A DNA stretch of 64,000 bases. Origin: Squalus acanthias (lineage: Eukaryota). The notes under the pieces are model-generated. The model saw only the letters and a list, made by a program, of their open reading frames with translations, ran no database searches and was not told where the DNA came from. Within the stretch, counting starts at the first letter, position 1, and the number at the start of each line of letters is the position of its first letter. Shown here in pieces: positions 37,820 to 50,219 of this stretch. A program made the position numbers and the translations under genes. The stretch is taken from NCBI GenBank assembly GCA_030390025.1, contig CM059432.1, positions 47,866,001 through 47,930,000 on the forward strand, read 5' to 3'.

Positions 37820-38266
37820 GAAAGAAAGACTTACATTTATATAGTACCTTTCACAACTACCAGACATTCCAAAGCACTTTACAGCCAATGAAGTACTTTT
37901 TGAAGTGTAACCACTGTTGTAATGTAGGAAACGCGGCAGCCAATTTGCGCACAGCAAGCTCCCACAAACAGCAATGTGATAATGACCAGATAATCTGTTT
38001 TTAGTGATGTTGATTGAGGGATAAATATTGGCCAGGACACCGGGGAGAACTCCCCTGCTCTTCTTCGAAATAGCGGCATGGGATCTTTTACATCCACCTG
38101 AGCAAGCGTCCGAAAGACAGCACCATCCGACAGTGCAGCACTCCCTCCGTACTGCACTGAAGTGTCAGTGTAGATTTTTGTGCTCACGTGTCTGGAGTGG
38201 GTCTTGAACCCACAACCTCCTGACCTCAGAAGATGAGATTTCTACCTGCTGAGCCACGGCTGACAC
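37820..38266 (-). mobile_element. DeuSINE-like, near full length
   Basis: Reverse complement of 47880-48322. Confidence 0.88.
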
Positions 38267-38332
38267 TAGAAATATTGCAACAATTTTTCTTTATCAAAAG
38301 GCATGAAAATATTTAACAGCTTATATAATTTG

Positions 38333-39500
38333 GACCCAAAGTTCTGATGCTGCAGATACGCCTGGGGTGGGGGTGGGGGAGGGGAAGGAGGGGTAATATT
38401 GAATGGCTGCCACTGAGTGGGTGGGGGTGTGGAAAATAGTGAGGGGAGAGAAACCTGCTGCTGCTTAAAGTGGAACTGGCAGCACTGGAGCAAGCAAGAA
38501 ATCGGGAAGATTGTGATGGTAGCCAGAACTAAGATGAGAGCAGGCAACTTCACAGACCAAACTGTATGTCCTCCCAGGAGGCAGAAGGTGTTTTAGAGTC
38601 AGGGGCAGGAAGCTCAAGAAGAATGCTGTCAACACTCTGTATAGAGGAAGGTCGCAGTAGCTGTCAGTACCACTTCCTTGAACCCCAGGACTCCTTTACA
38701 GTGTCACAAGAAGTTCAATGATTTGCATAGGTAAGCTAGCTGCCTCTCACTTACCCTTCCTTCCAGTCTCATATATCTGTGGCATTTTGTCTTTAATTCA
38801 TCTCTCTTGCTCCAGGACCTGTGATCCCTTTTCCTATCGTGGTTTACCTGCTATCTATAAATGTCGAGTCTGTATTTCTTTACTTCACCTGAGGAAGGGG
38901 CGATCGATAGCTCCGAAAGCTTGTGATTTCAAATAAAACTGTTGGACTATAACCTGGTGTTGTGCGACCTCTCAATTTTGTCCACCCCAGTCCAACACCG
39001 GCATCTCCGCATCATGATCTATAAATGCGCCATCCCTAACTCGCCACACCTGCCCTTTCTTGATTTTTGGTTTGGGAGTGCAAACACAGTAGCAAGAAAT
39101 ATGATTGGGCACTTTCAAATTCTACAGAGGAACTGCTGTGGTAGCTGCATATCATTATAACATCTCTTCATTTTCTTTTCCTCGAGGTAACCCAAAGCAA
39201 TAATCTGCAGCGGAGGAGGAAGAAGGAAGAGGCAGATTTTTCACCTCTGGCCAACCAGCCGTATCCTTACTCATGGCACCATTCATCCTTTCTCTTTCAC
39301 TCATCAGCCCAGAGAAATGCACCTGGGATATTTTGATAGCTGAGTGAGATACAACCCATTCTGGTGCTGGAGGGGTCAGAGGTTAAAGTAGGATCTGACA
39401 GTGACAGGAGGTGGTGGAAGGGCCGCAGAAATCAGCCCCAGACTCGAGAGCTTGCAGGGCAATGCAACCTGCAGAAGAGTCCTCCTAGTACTCAGGAGCC
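38333..39500 (+). mobile_element. Very old Harbinger remnant (Myb exon 1 relic)
   Basis: CAGTGTCACAAGAAGTTCAATGATTTG = QCHKKFNDL followed closely by a GTAAG donor at ~38732. Boundaries uncertain. Confidence 0.6.
38885..38926 (+). ncRNA. Minimal type I hammerhead ribozyme motif in a Penelope-like fragment (~38860-39015)
   Basis: TCAC-CTGAGGA-(A GGGGC..GCTCC)-GAAA-GCTT-GTGA. Confidence 0.75.
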
Positions 39501-39959
39501 CCAAGACTAGGGCCATCTTGGTTTCAAGAAGTTCACAATGTTACAAAGGAGCATGGGTAATGAATAATGTTTTCTAGAGCAGTTACTGTTCGCAATTAAG
39601 AGGAAATGGTATTGCCATGAAACCAAGTGAAGTACTAAGTTCTGTTGCCTCTTATCTATTAGATTAAAAACATCATATGGCATGAGATGCCAGAGTCTTT
39701 ACCAAGTAGCCATGTTTCAATATTTGCCTTCTTTACCAGACGGCAGCTCTTTCTGTTCCCATCTGATGAGGTTCCAGTTTATATTGGTCTTGTGCACAGA
39801 TTAGTTGATGCTGTGTCCTTTTGAACTCCAGCAATAACAACCAATACCACACAACTTTGAAAGTTTATGCAGTTGTCACTTACAATATCATACCAGTGTT
39901 GTCACTACAATGCTTTCATACTGATATAGTGCAACAAGTGCAAATAGGGAACCAGCTTT

Positions 39960-40090
39960 TAGTAGGAGTTGTGCGTGGGACTAAATGTGAACATTGTCCT
40001 TTTACCTCTTGGACATGGGTTTGAATCCAGTCTGGACTGATGGAGTGAAAGTCTCTCTCTGCCAGCTACAAGCACCTTATATAAAATGAC
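39960..40090 (+). mobile_element. Ancient tRNA-derived SINE relic; related copy at ~62100-62270
   Basis: B-box-like GGGTTTGAATCC followed by GTGAAAGT...CTACAAG in both copies. Confidence 0.45.
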
Positions 40091-40689
40091 AAGATCTAAT
40101 CTACATGCTGCCCTTTGACAACAACTTCCGAAGACATGGGGAGTGAATTTTGTTGGGGCTTCTCCCGCTCTGCTGTCGTAACTTCAGCGGAAGTTCTAGC
40201 ACAGGCTCCTCCTTCTGTGCTGTAATTCTATGATGCAATGCTTTTGTGCAGCCACAATCCACTCTCCAGTGGGTCTGGGCCTACAGCACAAGACTACCAA
40301 TAATTGGCAGAAGTTGGCACTAATTTCAATCTCACTAATAATGTCAGAGTAGTGCAGTTAGAGGTGCTGTTTACATGGTTGCAGTTAAAGAATATTGTTG
40401 GCTAATGTACAGGGAACTATACATTTAGTTCATATACACTATACCTAGCCTGGGTATGCTTGATGTTAATACAGGATGCATGCTAACCCTCAGTGTTTCA
40501 TTCTGACAGTGAGCATTTGCTGACAAAAATCAGTGGAGTCCAAGCCACTTTCCCCTCAATGGTGCTCCTGCTGCTGATCTCAACTGCTACATACTGTGGG
40601 CAAGAATTCATTAAAAAAACAGAATCCCCAACCTATAGAACATAGTGACTGGAATCACTTTAACAAACAGATGGACTTGGGTCGGAGTG

Positions 40690-41035
40690 GTGTTGAAGGG
40701 AGACGGGAGGCAGAGGGAAAGAGGAAATGAAGGGGGAAAGGGGAAGAGAGGAGAAGTTGAGCGCAGTTCTTTGTGGTTGAAGAGTATCAGAATAAACTGA
40801 AAGGGTAGGAAAGAGTGCCAGTATTAACTGATGGGTTGGGGGTGGGGGTGGGGGAGTGCCTTCATTAACTGGAGGGGGGAGAAGAATGCCAGCTTGATTG
40901 GGAGGGGTAAAAGAGTACCAGCTCAAACTGCAGTGGGAGAAAAGTACTAGGCTGAAGTGATGGTAGAGAGAGAGAAGAATGCCATTATGAACTGTGAGTG
41001 TTGGAGGAAGCGAGAGTGTCTCTATGAAAATGTGG
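40690..41035 (+). repeat. Degenerate purine-rich minisatellite-like tract
   Basis: Recurring AGA(G/A)T(G/A)CCAG-like core about every 30-45 bp. Confidence 0.5.
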
Positions 41036-41504
41036 GGTTAATGAGTGCACTACTTTTGATGTAAAAATTCAAACTTTTGGGGGGAACCAAGCTCCCAGAC
41101 CACCTAGAAAGGCACCATATATTTGTCCCTTCAGGCTTTCATGTTCTTTCCCTCCAGTATATGTGATGGGATGTTGGGTATTCCCAAAGTCCATGTAACT
41201 ACTTGTTTTCACATGTCATAGGCTTATGTTCAGAGCCTTTTTTGTGTGGTCAGCTTTTAGGGGTTTGTGTCAGCCTTTGTGAAGCTGTTGGTTAACTTTT
41301 GGAAGTTTTCTAGGTTGTAATGTATGACACTGGGTAAAAAAGGTGGAAAAATGGGTTGCATCTCACTCAGCGAAAATTTAATGTGCATTAAAATCCAAGG
41401 AATGTCTGTGTTGGGTATATTAAAAAAAAATTATACTCATTAATGGGATGTGGGCATCGCTGGCAAGACCTGCATTTATTGCCCAACCCCTGTATAAAAT
41501 TTCT

Positions 41505-42068
41505 AGACTCCCCAAAGCCTTTCAACCACCTACAAGGCGCAAGTCAGGACTGTGATGGAATACTCTCCACTTGCCTGGATGAGTGCAGCTGCAACAACAC
41601 TCAAAAAGCTCAACACCATCCAAGACAAAGCAGCCCGCTTGATTGGCACCCCATCCACCACCATAAACATTCACTCCCTCCACCACCGGCACACCGTGGC
41701 TGCAGTGTGTACCATCTACAAGATGCACCGTAGCAACTCACCAAGGCTTCTTCGGCAGCACCTCATAACCCGCGACCTCTTCCACCTAGAAGGACACAGG
41801 CAGCAGGCGCATGGGAACACCACCACCTCCAAGTTCCCCTCCAAGTCACACAACATCCTGACTTGGAAATATATCACCGTTCCTTCATAGTTGCTGGGTC
41901 AAACTCCTGGAACTCCCTCCCTAACAGCACTGTGGGAGTACCTTCACCACACAGACTGCAGCGGTTCAAGGCAGCGGCTCACCACCACCTTCTCAAGGGC
42001 AATTAGGGATGGGCAATAAATGCTGGCATTGCCAGCGACGCCCACATTCCGTGAATGAATAAAAAAAA
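41505..42068 (+). mobile_element. 3' fragment of the LINE family of 3883-7005, preceded by an inverted tail piece (~41440-41490)
   Basis: MEYSPLAWMSAA..IQDKAARLI and the family tail. Confidence 0.9.
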
Positions 42069-42519
42069 ATTACTTCCTAAAATCTGTTTCTGTTACTTTT
42101 CTGGACAGCGCAGAAACAGATTCTCATATTTGAATAGATTTCAAATTAAATTTTCCTCTGTATCTGCTATATAACAGGTTGTGGCACCTTTTTACATCAT
42201 AAATGAAATCATGGGTATAAGCTGATAAATGAACCCAAAAGCTTCAACAATATAACAGGGGCAGATTTTATAAACACACGAACAAAACCAGCTAAGACTG
42301 GTTTTCACATACACAAAGAATTAAAAAAGCCTTCATATGGCAAACTGACATACAGTTTTCCTAATTTTAAATAACTTTGTATTTGTCATAGACTATTTTT
42401 AATATTTCAACGGCTTGTGTACAAGACATAATGCAACTATAACAGGATATAGGATAAGATGTATCTCTATGCTGCACATTCATTGAGAACTGCTGCCAGT
42501 TAAGGAAGATATTTTTAGG

Positions 42520-43260
42520 TTCGCAACCTTGGTGTCATATTTGACCCTGAAATGAGCTTCTGAACACATATCCGTGGCATAACTAAAACCGCCTATTTCC
42601 ACCTCCATAACATCGCCTGTCTCTGTCGTTGTCTCATCTCATCCGCTGCTGAAACCCTCATCCATGCCTTTGTTACCTCTAGACTTGACTATTGCAACGC
42701 ACTCCTGGCTGGCCTCCCACGTTTTACCCAAGTAAACTTGAGGTCATCCAAAACTCGGCTGCCCATGTCCTAACTCACACCAAGTCCCGTTCACCCAACA
42801 CCCCTGTACTCGCTGACCTACATTGGCTCCCGGTTAAGCAACGCCTCAATTTCAAAATTTTCATCCTTGTTTTCAAATCCCTCCATGGCCTCGCCCCTTC
42901 CTATCTCTGTAATCTCCTCTAGCCTCACAACCCCCCAAGATATCTGCGCTCCTCAAATTCTGCTCTCTTGAGCATCCCTGATTATAATCGCTCAACCATT
43001 TGTGGTCATGCCTTCAGTTGCCAAGGCCCTAAGCTCTGGAATTCCCTGCCTAAACCTCTCCGCCTCGCTACCTCTCTTTCCTACTTTAAGACGCTCCTTA
43101 AAACCTACCTCTTTGACCAAGCTTTTGGTCATCTGCCCTAATTTCTCCTTATGTGACTCGGTGTCAAATTGTTTGTCTTATAATACTCCTGTGAAGCGCA
43201 TTGGGACGTTTAATTTTGTTAAAGGCGCTATATAAGTACAAGTTGTTGTTGAAGTTGTTG
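42520..43260 (+). mobile_element. L2 3' fragment
   Basis: LADLHWLPVKQR motif; (GTT)n tail. Confidence 0.9.
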
Positions 43261-43739
43261 TAGGTTATATTTTTGCAAGCACCAAAAGATTCGCTGTTTA
43301 CTGAAATCAGTACTTATAGGTTCTACTTAATGGGTATGAGCTCATAAATGAATCCATAAGCTTTAACAATGTAACATTTATACAATACCAGTCAAGGGGA
43401 ATCAAGGGAAATGGAGATCGGGCGGGAAAGTGGAGTTGCGGTCGAAGATCAGCCATGATCTATTGAATGGCGGAGCAGGCTCGAGGGGCCGTACGACCTA
43501 CTCCTGTTCCTATTTTTTATGTTCTTATGTACACCTTTATTTGTGTTATTCTTCTATTATTGTGTATAGGTGGGCTATTCAACATGAGGATTATCACAGT
43601 TCAGCTTAATCCTATCCTCAACCAAAATCCCTGCACAAGCACTTTTAGAAAATGGTCATTGGATAATTTGTCCCTTCCCATTATGGGGACTCTAAGGCCC
43701 ACTGTAATGTCCCCACAACTTCCCTGGCTGAGATGACCT

Positions 43740-44555
43740 TACATTACATAGGATTACATAGGATATACGACACAGAAATAGGCCCTTCTGCCCAACCAGT
43801 CCATGCCGGTGTTTATGCTCCACTCGAGCCTCCTCCCGTCTTTCCTCACCTAAATCTATCAGCATAACCCTCCATTCCCTTCTCCCTCATATGCTTGTCT
43901 AGCCTCCCCTTAAATGCATCTATACTATTCATTTCAACCACTCCCTGTGGTAGCGAGTTCCACATTCTCACCACTCTTTGGGTAAAGAAGTTTCTTCTGA
44001 ATTCCCTATTGGATTTCTTGGTGACTACCTTATATTGATGGCCTCTAGTTATGCTCTTCCCCACAAGTGGAAACATTCTCTCTCTATCCACTCTATCAAA
44101 ACCTTTCAGAATTTTAAAGATCTCTATTAGGTCACCCCTCAGCCTTCTTTTTTCAAGAGAAAAGAGACCCAGCCTATTCAACCTTTCCGGATATGTATAC
44201 CCTCGCATTTCTGGTATCATCCTTGTAAATCTTCTCTGCACCCTCTCCAGTGCCTCTATATCCTTTTTATAATATGGTGACAAGAATTGTACACAGTACT
44301 CTAAGTGTGGTTTAACCAAGGTTCGATACAGGTTTAGCATAACTTCCCTACTTTTCAATTCTATACCTCTAGAAATAAACACTAGTGCTTGGTTTGCTTT
44401 TATTATGGGTGTCATCTGCAAATTTAGAAATTGTGCTTTTGATTCCAAAGTCTAAATCGTTAATATAAATTGTGAACAACAGTGGTCACAGCACTGATCC
44501 TTGTGGAACACCACTACCCATCTTCTGCCACTGTGAATAGCTACCTTTTACCCCT
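43740..44555 (-). mobile_element. CR1 3' fragment (short CR1 and L2 tail pieces adjacent at ~43395-43528 and ~44557-44655)
   Basis: ORF 43846-44448: LVKPHLEYCVQF...RVVRMWNSLP. Confidence 0.9.
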
Positions 44556-44665
44556 GCCGGTGTCAAATTTTTTATCTTTTAATACTCCTGTGAAGCGCCT
44601 TGGGACGTTTTACTACGTTAAAGGCGCTATATAAATACAAGTTGTTGTAGTAGTAGTTGTACCTT

Positions 44666-45176
44666 GTCCCAGATATTCCAACCCAGAGCCAGGATTATAC
44701 CACCAGTTCTGGTGGGATTCTGTCCCATGTCAAGTGCTGCCTTAAATTCCGGTGGGACAGGAGTGGGCAAGTTTTCCACCCTCTCCCCCATATCAGGGGC
44801 AAGTGTGTCTGGGAAGTTCCTAGACTACCTTAGGAATTCCATACAAAATGCCCTTATAAGACCTCAACAGACCTCTCATCAGCTGCTTCCAGAGGGAATT
44901 GATTACTTTTTAAAATTCAGCAGAGCAAACAAAAAAAATGAAGTGGTTATTGTCTTGGGTTCCCCCTATCGAGTGGCTGTATTTTGCTCCACATCTGCCA
45001 GTGGATTGGGGCGGGTGCGTCTGAAGTATCCTTACGGGTGTAGGTGGCCCATCCCACCATGTAAATGACCCCATCCCGGGATTTGGGATGGGGTCTGTGG
45101 CCTTCCATTATGGCAGACACTAATTCTGATCCACTACACTTGCACTGGAGGGGTAGAACCATTTGAATTTTGGTCC
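44666..45176. mobile_element. Old non-autonomous Harbinger-like element (~510 bp)
   Basis: Imperfect TIR GTCCCAGATATTC / GAATTTTGGTCC; GC arms with an AT centre. Confidence 0.5.
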
Positions 45177-45431
45177 TTTTATCTTTACCTGAGCATCAAA
45201 TGCTGAAGGAGCAAGGTACCGATTATATCAACCTGTCGCTTGATTAATTGCCAAGATTAATTAAAGGTGCCCATATGTTGACATATATTTTGAAAAGTAT
45301 TTGCAGTGGAGACAGCTCTTGATGTCAACATGTTCAACATGTATGTAATTAGTTAATATGAATAGCCACTGTTGCCGGACCTCTAGCCAGGCCGTGCAGA
45401 GTGATAAAGCTGAAACCTGAAACTAGACAAT

Positions 45432-47850
45432 GACCCCGATATTAATATGAAGGCGGCTTCCGAGTGGGGGATGGGGGCTGGAATTGCGTGGGGAAACCCG
45501 TAAGTCAACTGAGTGGGTCAGAATTTGCGATCACAACTGAATTGTACCAATTAATTTTGACTTTGCTTCTCTAAGCTGCGCAGCGGGCATGATGCGCATC
45601 CGCATGGCGTGATCTCAGCTGTATTTAAAGGGACAGTGCACAAATGGAAATTGAAGGCGTTCCGGATGGATGATGGATAAAGGGCAATGGCAGCATCAGA
45701 TTTAATGACGCCTTGCTGGAATTACTGCTGGGTGCAGTCAGGAGGAGGAGGGACATACTATTCCCCAGCAATGGGAGGAAGAAACCTGCAGCTCTCACCA
45801 AGAAGGCATGGTTGGAGGTAGCTGAGGAGGTGAGCAGCAGGAGCGTTGTGCCCATGACATGGATTTGCTGTTTCAACTATATCCTGTGCTTGAGGCCCTC
45901 TACCTTTCACTCTGTCCTGCCAAACGTTCGCCATCACATCACTCCTCACACCCACTCAACTTTCAGCAGCACACCGCCTTCACTTTCTATGCATTTCATC
46001 ACCTCTACATTTATCCATTCACTGTTGACTCTCACCCTAATCCTTATGCAATGTGATGCATGTGTCTCATAGTCACCCTCACCGAATGCACTGCATCCAT
46101 TAGGTGAATATCTGACCTTCAGTCACTCACAGGTATGTTTTATCGGCCCTTGTAGGAAAAGAGAGCGCAAAATACAAGGGAGAGGGACAGGACTGGAGGT
46201 GGGCTGCCACAAATAGTCCAGCTCACTGATGCAGAGGAGGACATCCTGGAGATAAGTGGCACATCTATGTCCCTCACAGTTGGAGATGGAGAGACAGGGA
46301 GCTCGCAAATAGCTGGTGACAGAATTACAAATATCTCTGACACACGTATGCTGACTTTATTTCATCAATGACTGAACTATGAGAAGACTGAGTATGGTCA
46401 TTGTCAAGGTTATTACTTTATCACAACTAAATCATATCCCTTTCTTTTGTCTTCTAGGGCCTTCACATGTACGGCAAATGTTGCAGGATATCCACGAGGA
46501 CGATTCCTCAGAGGACCTCATTCCTTCTGATGGTGCACCATCACAGAACGTACAGCCATGCACTAGTGCAGATACTCGCACTTCGGTGGGTCCATTTAAA
46601 CAGTTAGTTGGGTTTTCACATAGTGATTCACACCTCACAAGTGAACATGAGCAGATAATGTTGGCAGGGACAGCTGTGGAGAGTCTGCGTCGGGGATGCA
46701 ATGCTTTCCAAGCTCTGCTCAGCTGGACACAGATGCTGAACCCCAGGGCCATCGTAGAGAAGGAGAATGCTAGAGGTGCATCAGCAACTTAGCCAGGTAC
46801 TAGCAGACATGCCATGCACACTCTCCACAATAGCGGAGAGGAAGGAGGAGTCCAACCCGGTCACTAGTGGATTGGTGGCACAGGGAATTGCAAGAATGTC
46901 AGCCATTGAGAGGCCATCTCCATGGAGCTTCAAGCAAGGCTCTCATATGAGTCCATGCAGGCCATGACCACGGCCATGCAGACTTTAGATGCCTACGTGT
47001 CTGCCACTTTAAACAGGATGACAGATACCTTATCCGTGGCCTCATAATGTGTTACTGATCTCCACCAAGCTGGTCTGCAGCAGAGTGGTAGGAGTGATGT
47101 TCTGCTGGCCCAGGAGAGAGATGATGGTGAAAGATGGAAGTGGGAACTCCACTCAACGCGCTCCCACTTCTCACCCGTTGCTCGGATTGCCACGTGTGTG
47201 TAGTCGATGGCACCCTGTACCTGTGGAAATCCAGCCAGAGAGGCGAATCCGAGTGCCCGCTCTCTCTGACTATTGTCATCACTGGGGAAATTTACATAAT
47301 TGCCGGCCTTGGCAAACAATCCATCAGTGACCTGCCTTATGCATTTTGTACAGCCGACTGGGAGAACCATGGCTATGTCGCCGGTAGCGCCCTGGAAGGA
47401 CCTGGAGGTGAAAAAGGTGAGGGTGATGGTGACTTTCACAGCCATTGGTTCTGTTTGGCCACCATATCCAGCAGGGAGCAGGTCTTCCTTTAGGAGCTGT
47501 AGATATCTGCCACCACCTGACGTGACAAACTCAGCCTGTGGAAGCACTGCTCTTCTGAGAGGTCAAGGAAGCTGAGGCTCTGTCTGTAAACCCTGTGATG
47601 TGGGTAGTGCCTCCTGCAACCTCGGCCCCTCTCCAGTGCACTTCTCACCTGCGCAAGTCCCTCCTGCGTACCTCCTCCCAGTGCACCTCCACCTGATGCA
47701 ACTCCCCCCGGTGCAACCCTGTCTGGTGCACCTCTCTTCTGTGCATGTGCTGATCCCACCACAGCACATCGTCGCTGTCATGGATGGTGATGGTCTTCCT
47801 CTTCTGAGGAAAACAGAAATTTGCACTGGTTTGTGAAAGCTGAACATTGT
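45432..47850. pseudogene. Decayed Harbinger: Myb pseudogene (+, ~45680-47183) abutting a truncated transposase (-, ~47184-47800)
   Basis: LELLLGAVRRRRDILFP..AWLEVAEEV on plus; AGFPQVQGAIDYTHVAI on minus. Confidence 0.9.
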
Positions 47851-47879
47851 TGTCATACTTTTTATAATGGGAAATTCAG

Positions 47880-48322
47880 CCATGGCTCAGTTGGTAGCAC
47901 TCTTGCCTCTGAGTCAGGAGGTTGTGGATTCAAGTCCCACTCCGGAGAGTCGAGCACAAAAGTCCAGGCTGACACTCCAGCGCAGTACTGAGGGAGTGCT
48001 GCATTGTCGGAGGTGCCGTCTTTTGGATGGGATGTCAAACTGAGGCCTCGTCTGCTCTCTCAGGTGGACGTAAAAATCCCATGGCATTTCAAAGAAGAGC
48101 AGCGGAGTTATCCCCAGCTTCTTGGACAATATTTATCCCTCAGCACCACTAACCAGATTATCTGGTCATTATCACGTTGCTCCTTGCTGTGAGAAAGTTG
48201 TCTGCCGCGTTTCCTACATTGCAACAGTGATTATGCTTCAAAAAGTACATCATTGGCTGTAAAGCGCTTTGGAATGTCCTGAGGTTGTGAAAGGCGCTAT
48301 AGAAATGCAAGTCTTTCTTTCT
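47880..48322 (+). mobile_element. DeuSINE-like, full length
   Basis: A-box TGGCTCAGTTGG, B-box GGATTCAAGTCC, Deu-like core AAAAATCCCATGGCA, L2-type tail. Confidence 0.9.
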
Positions 48323-49074
48323 TTAATCAATTTTTCCATTACACGTACTGTTGTCTGAACATTTTTGAATTTTATCTGCTCAGCAGATGGCACCAGAGAT
48401 GCACTTTAGGAGAAAGCATGCTGGGGAAAGGCACCTGAGAGAGCGAAGAGGAGCAACACATGAGGATGGATGAAGAAAACATACCACAACACTCACAATG
48501 GACTTGCAATGTAAGAAAGGGACTGTTTGTTAGAACTGAAATGTTCCAGTGTCGTGTGTCTGAATTCCCCTCTCTCGCCCACTCTATTTGCTCCCTTCCT
48601 GCTCTCACTCTCAGTGATAAGAAACTGCTTTCAGAGTGCGAAAGAAAAAGGCATACCTGCACCTTCCAACTACAATCACCGCAGGAGCGGGAGAGCAACA
48701 CGGACACGCATTGGGTGGGGGCAGATTGCTAAGGTGTATATTAGACGTAGTGCTATAGAAAATGGGGAGTCATGGAATGAGTGAAGGAGGGAATCAACTG
48801 GAGGGGGAGTGTAAGTGATAGAGGCTTAGCTGGTGGATGGAACAGGAAGGAAGGGAATATAAAAGGAGTTGATACTACTGTCTATTCTTTCTGAAGGTTT
48901 CGATTTATTCACACGTCAGACATCACGGAATGAATGAAACTCTAATTGACCTCTGGATGTTGACCTCACTGTTGTGTGCAACATCCAAAGGGTCTGGGTG
49001 CAGGTGAGAAAGAAAATAGCCAGCCAGAGAAAATCTGCTAAGATAAGGCTACCCAGCCTTTTCCTATACCAAGT

Positions 49075-49350
49075 GTATGGTAGCTGAGTGATTATGGTAC
49101 TGGATTACCAACACAGAGTTGTGAAGTTCAACGCCCAACATGCAAGTTGTAAAAGTGAATTCAATAAATCTTGAACGAAGGGAGTGGGCGAGAGAGGGGA
49201 ATTCAGACACACGACACTGTTTAAATCAACTAAATTAGTTCACTAATGGCCTTCAGGGAGGGATGCCAGTCCCACACCCATGTGCTTGACTCTTAATGCC
49301 CTCAAGGCAGCAAGCGACGGGCAATAAATACATACATCCTAAGAACAAAT
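49075..49350 (+). mobile_element. Degenerate copy of the SINE at 350-794
   Basis: Head and GTTCACTAATGGCCTTCAGGGA / GGGCAATAAAT blocks retained. Confidence 0.65.
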
Positions 49351-49434
49351 ATTAAAACAATTACAGCATTCCTTAGTTTGCAAAGGAAGAAGCCAGTTGT
49401 GCACAGCTCCACATTAACAGCACACTAATACATT

Positions 49435-50174
49435 GGCCCGTAATTTCCGATAGGAGGCTTCCTGCGTGCGGATGCCTCCTAGCGGGAAAAAATCTATGCC
49501 CTTACTGAGGGCTCCCGAGGTCCGGCCATTTCTGCTCCTGGGCCTCTCCTGGTGTGCGCGCGCAGAGACCCAGGTATCCCCGGGGCGCAGGCGGTTCGCA
49601 AGCGTCCCTGGGATCACGTGGGCCAGGGGGAGCCAATGGGAGAAGGGAATCCCCCTTCATACTTTTGACAGGTAGACCTGTCAAAAGTATGAATGGGGAT
49701 CACTGAAAAAAGACACTAAAACATTAAATACATTTTTAAAAAACCATCACGATTTTAAAATGAGTTAAAATTACATTAAATATTTTAAACAAAACTGTAA
49801 TTTTTTGAACAAAGTAATTAAAGTTTTTTACGGGGCTAAAAATAAACTTACCTTTTTTAAAAGTATTTTAAAATTATAAATGTGTGAAAAAAAATATTTT
49901 TTAACTTTTTTAAACTCTTATGCTGGTAAAAGCAGGCCTTATGCCTGCTTTTACTAGGCGTAAGATTTTTAAGGGATTTCAGCGGGCGGAGGTCCTGCAG
50001 AAAGCGGAACTCTCCACCCGCAGAGGCCCTTCTCCAGGGCAGGCGGATGATCTGTCAAGAGGATTCTTGACAGATCGGAAATGCCGGTTTTCAGCGCATG
50101 CGCTTCCGCATGCCTGAAACCGGCACTTGCGAGGTCCCTACGTACACACCCGTAGGGAGCGGAAAATACGGGCC
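49435..50174 (-). mobile_element. Family X element, copy 5 (740 bp)
   Basis: TIR GGCCCGTAATTTCCG / CGGAAAATACGGGCC. Confidence 0.92.
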
Positions 50175-50219
50175 AATGTATATTACATGGTATATTGGGC
50201 CTGCCCATGTGAAACATTT

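Noticed and set aside
40690..41035. CRISPR-like repeat-spacer array
   Set aside because: Repeats are degenerate and irregular, the context is vertebrate, and there are no cas genes.
47880..47950. tRNA genes (here and at 350, 8690, 35244)
   Set aside because: These are SINE heads continuing into a body and LINE-type tail, without a complete cloverleaf or terminator.
48547..49219. hAT-like transposon with 38-bp CAGTG TIRs
   Set aside because: No 8-bp TSD, and a SINE straddles the right repeat.
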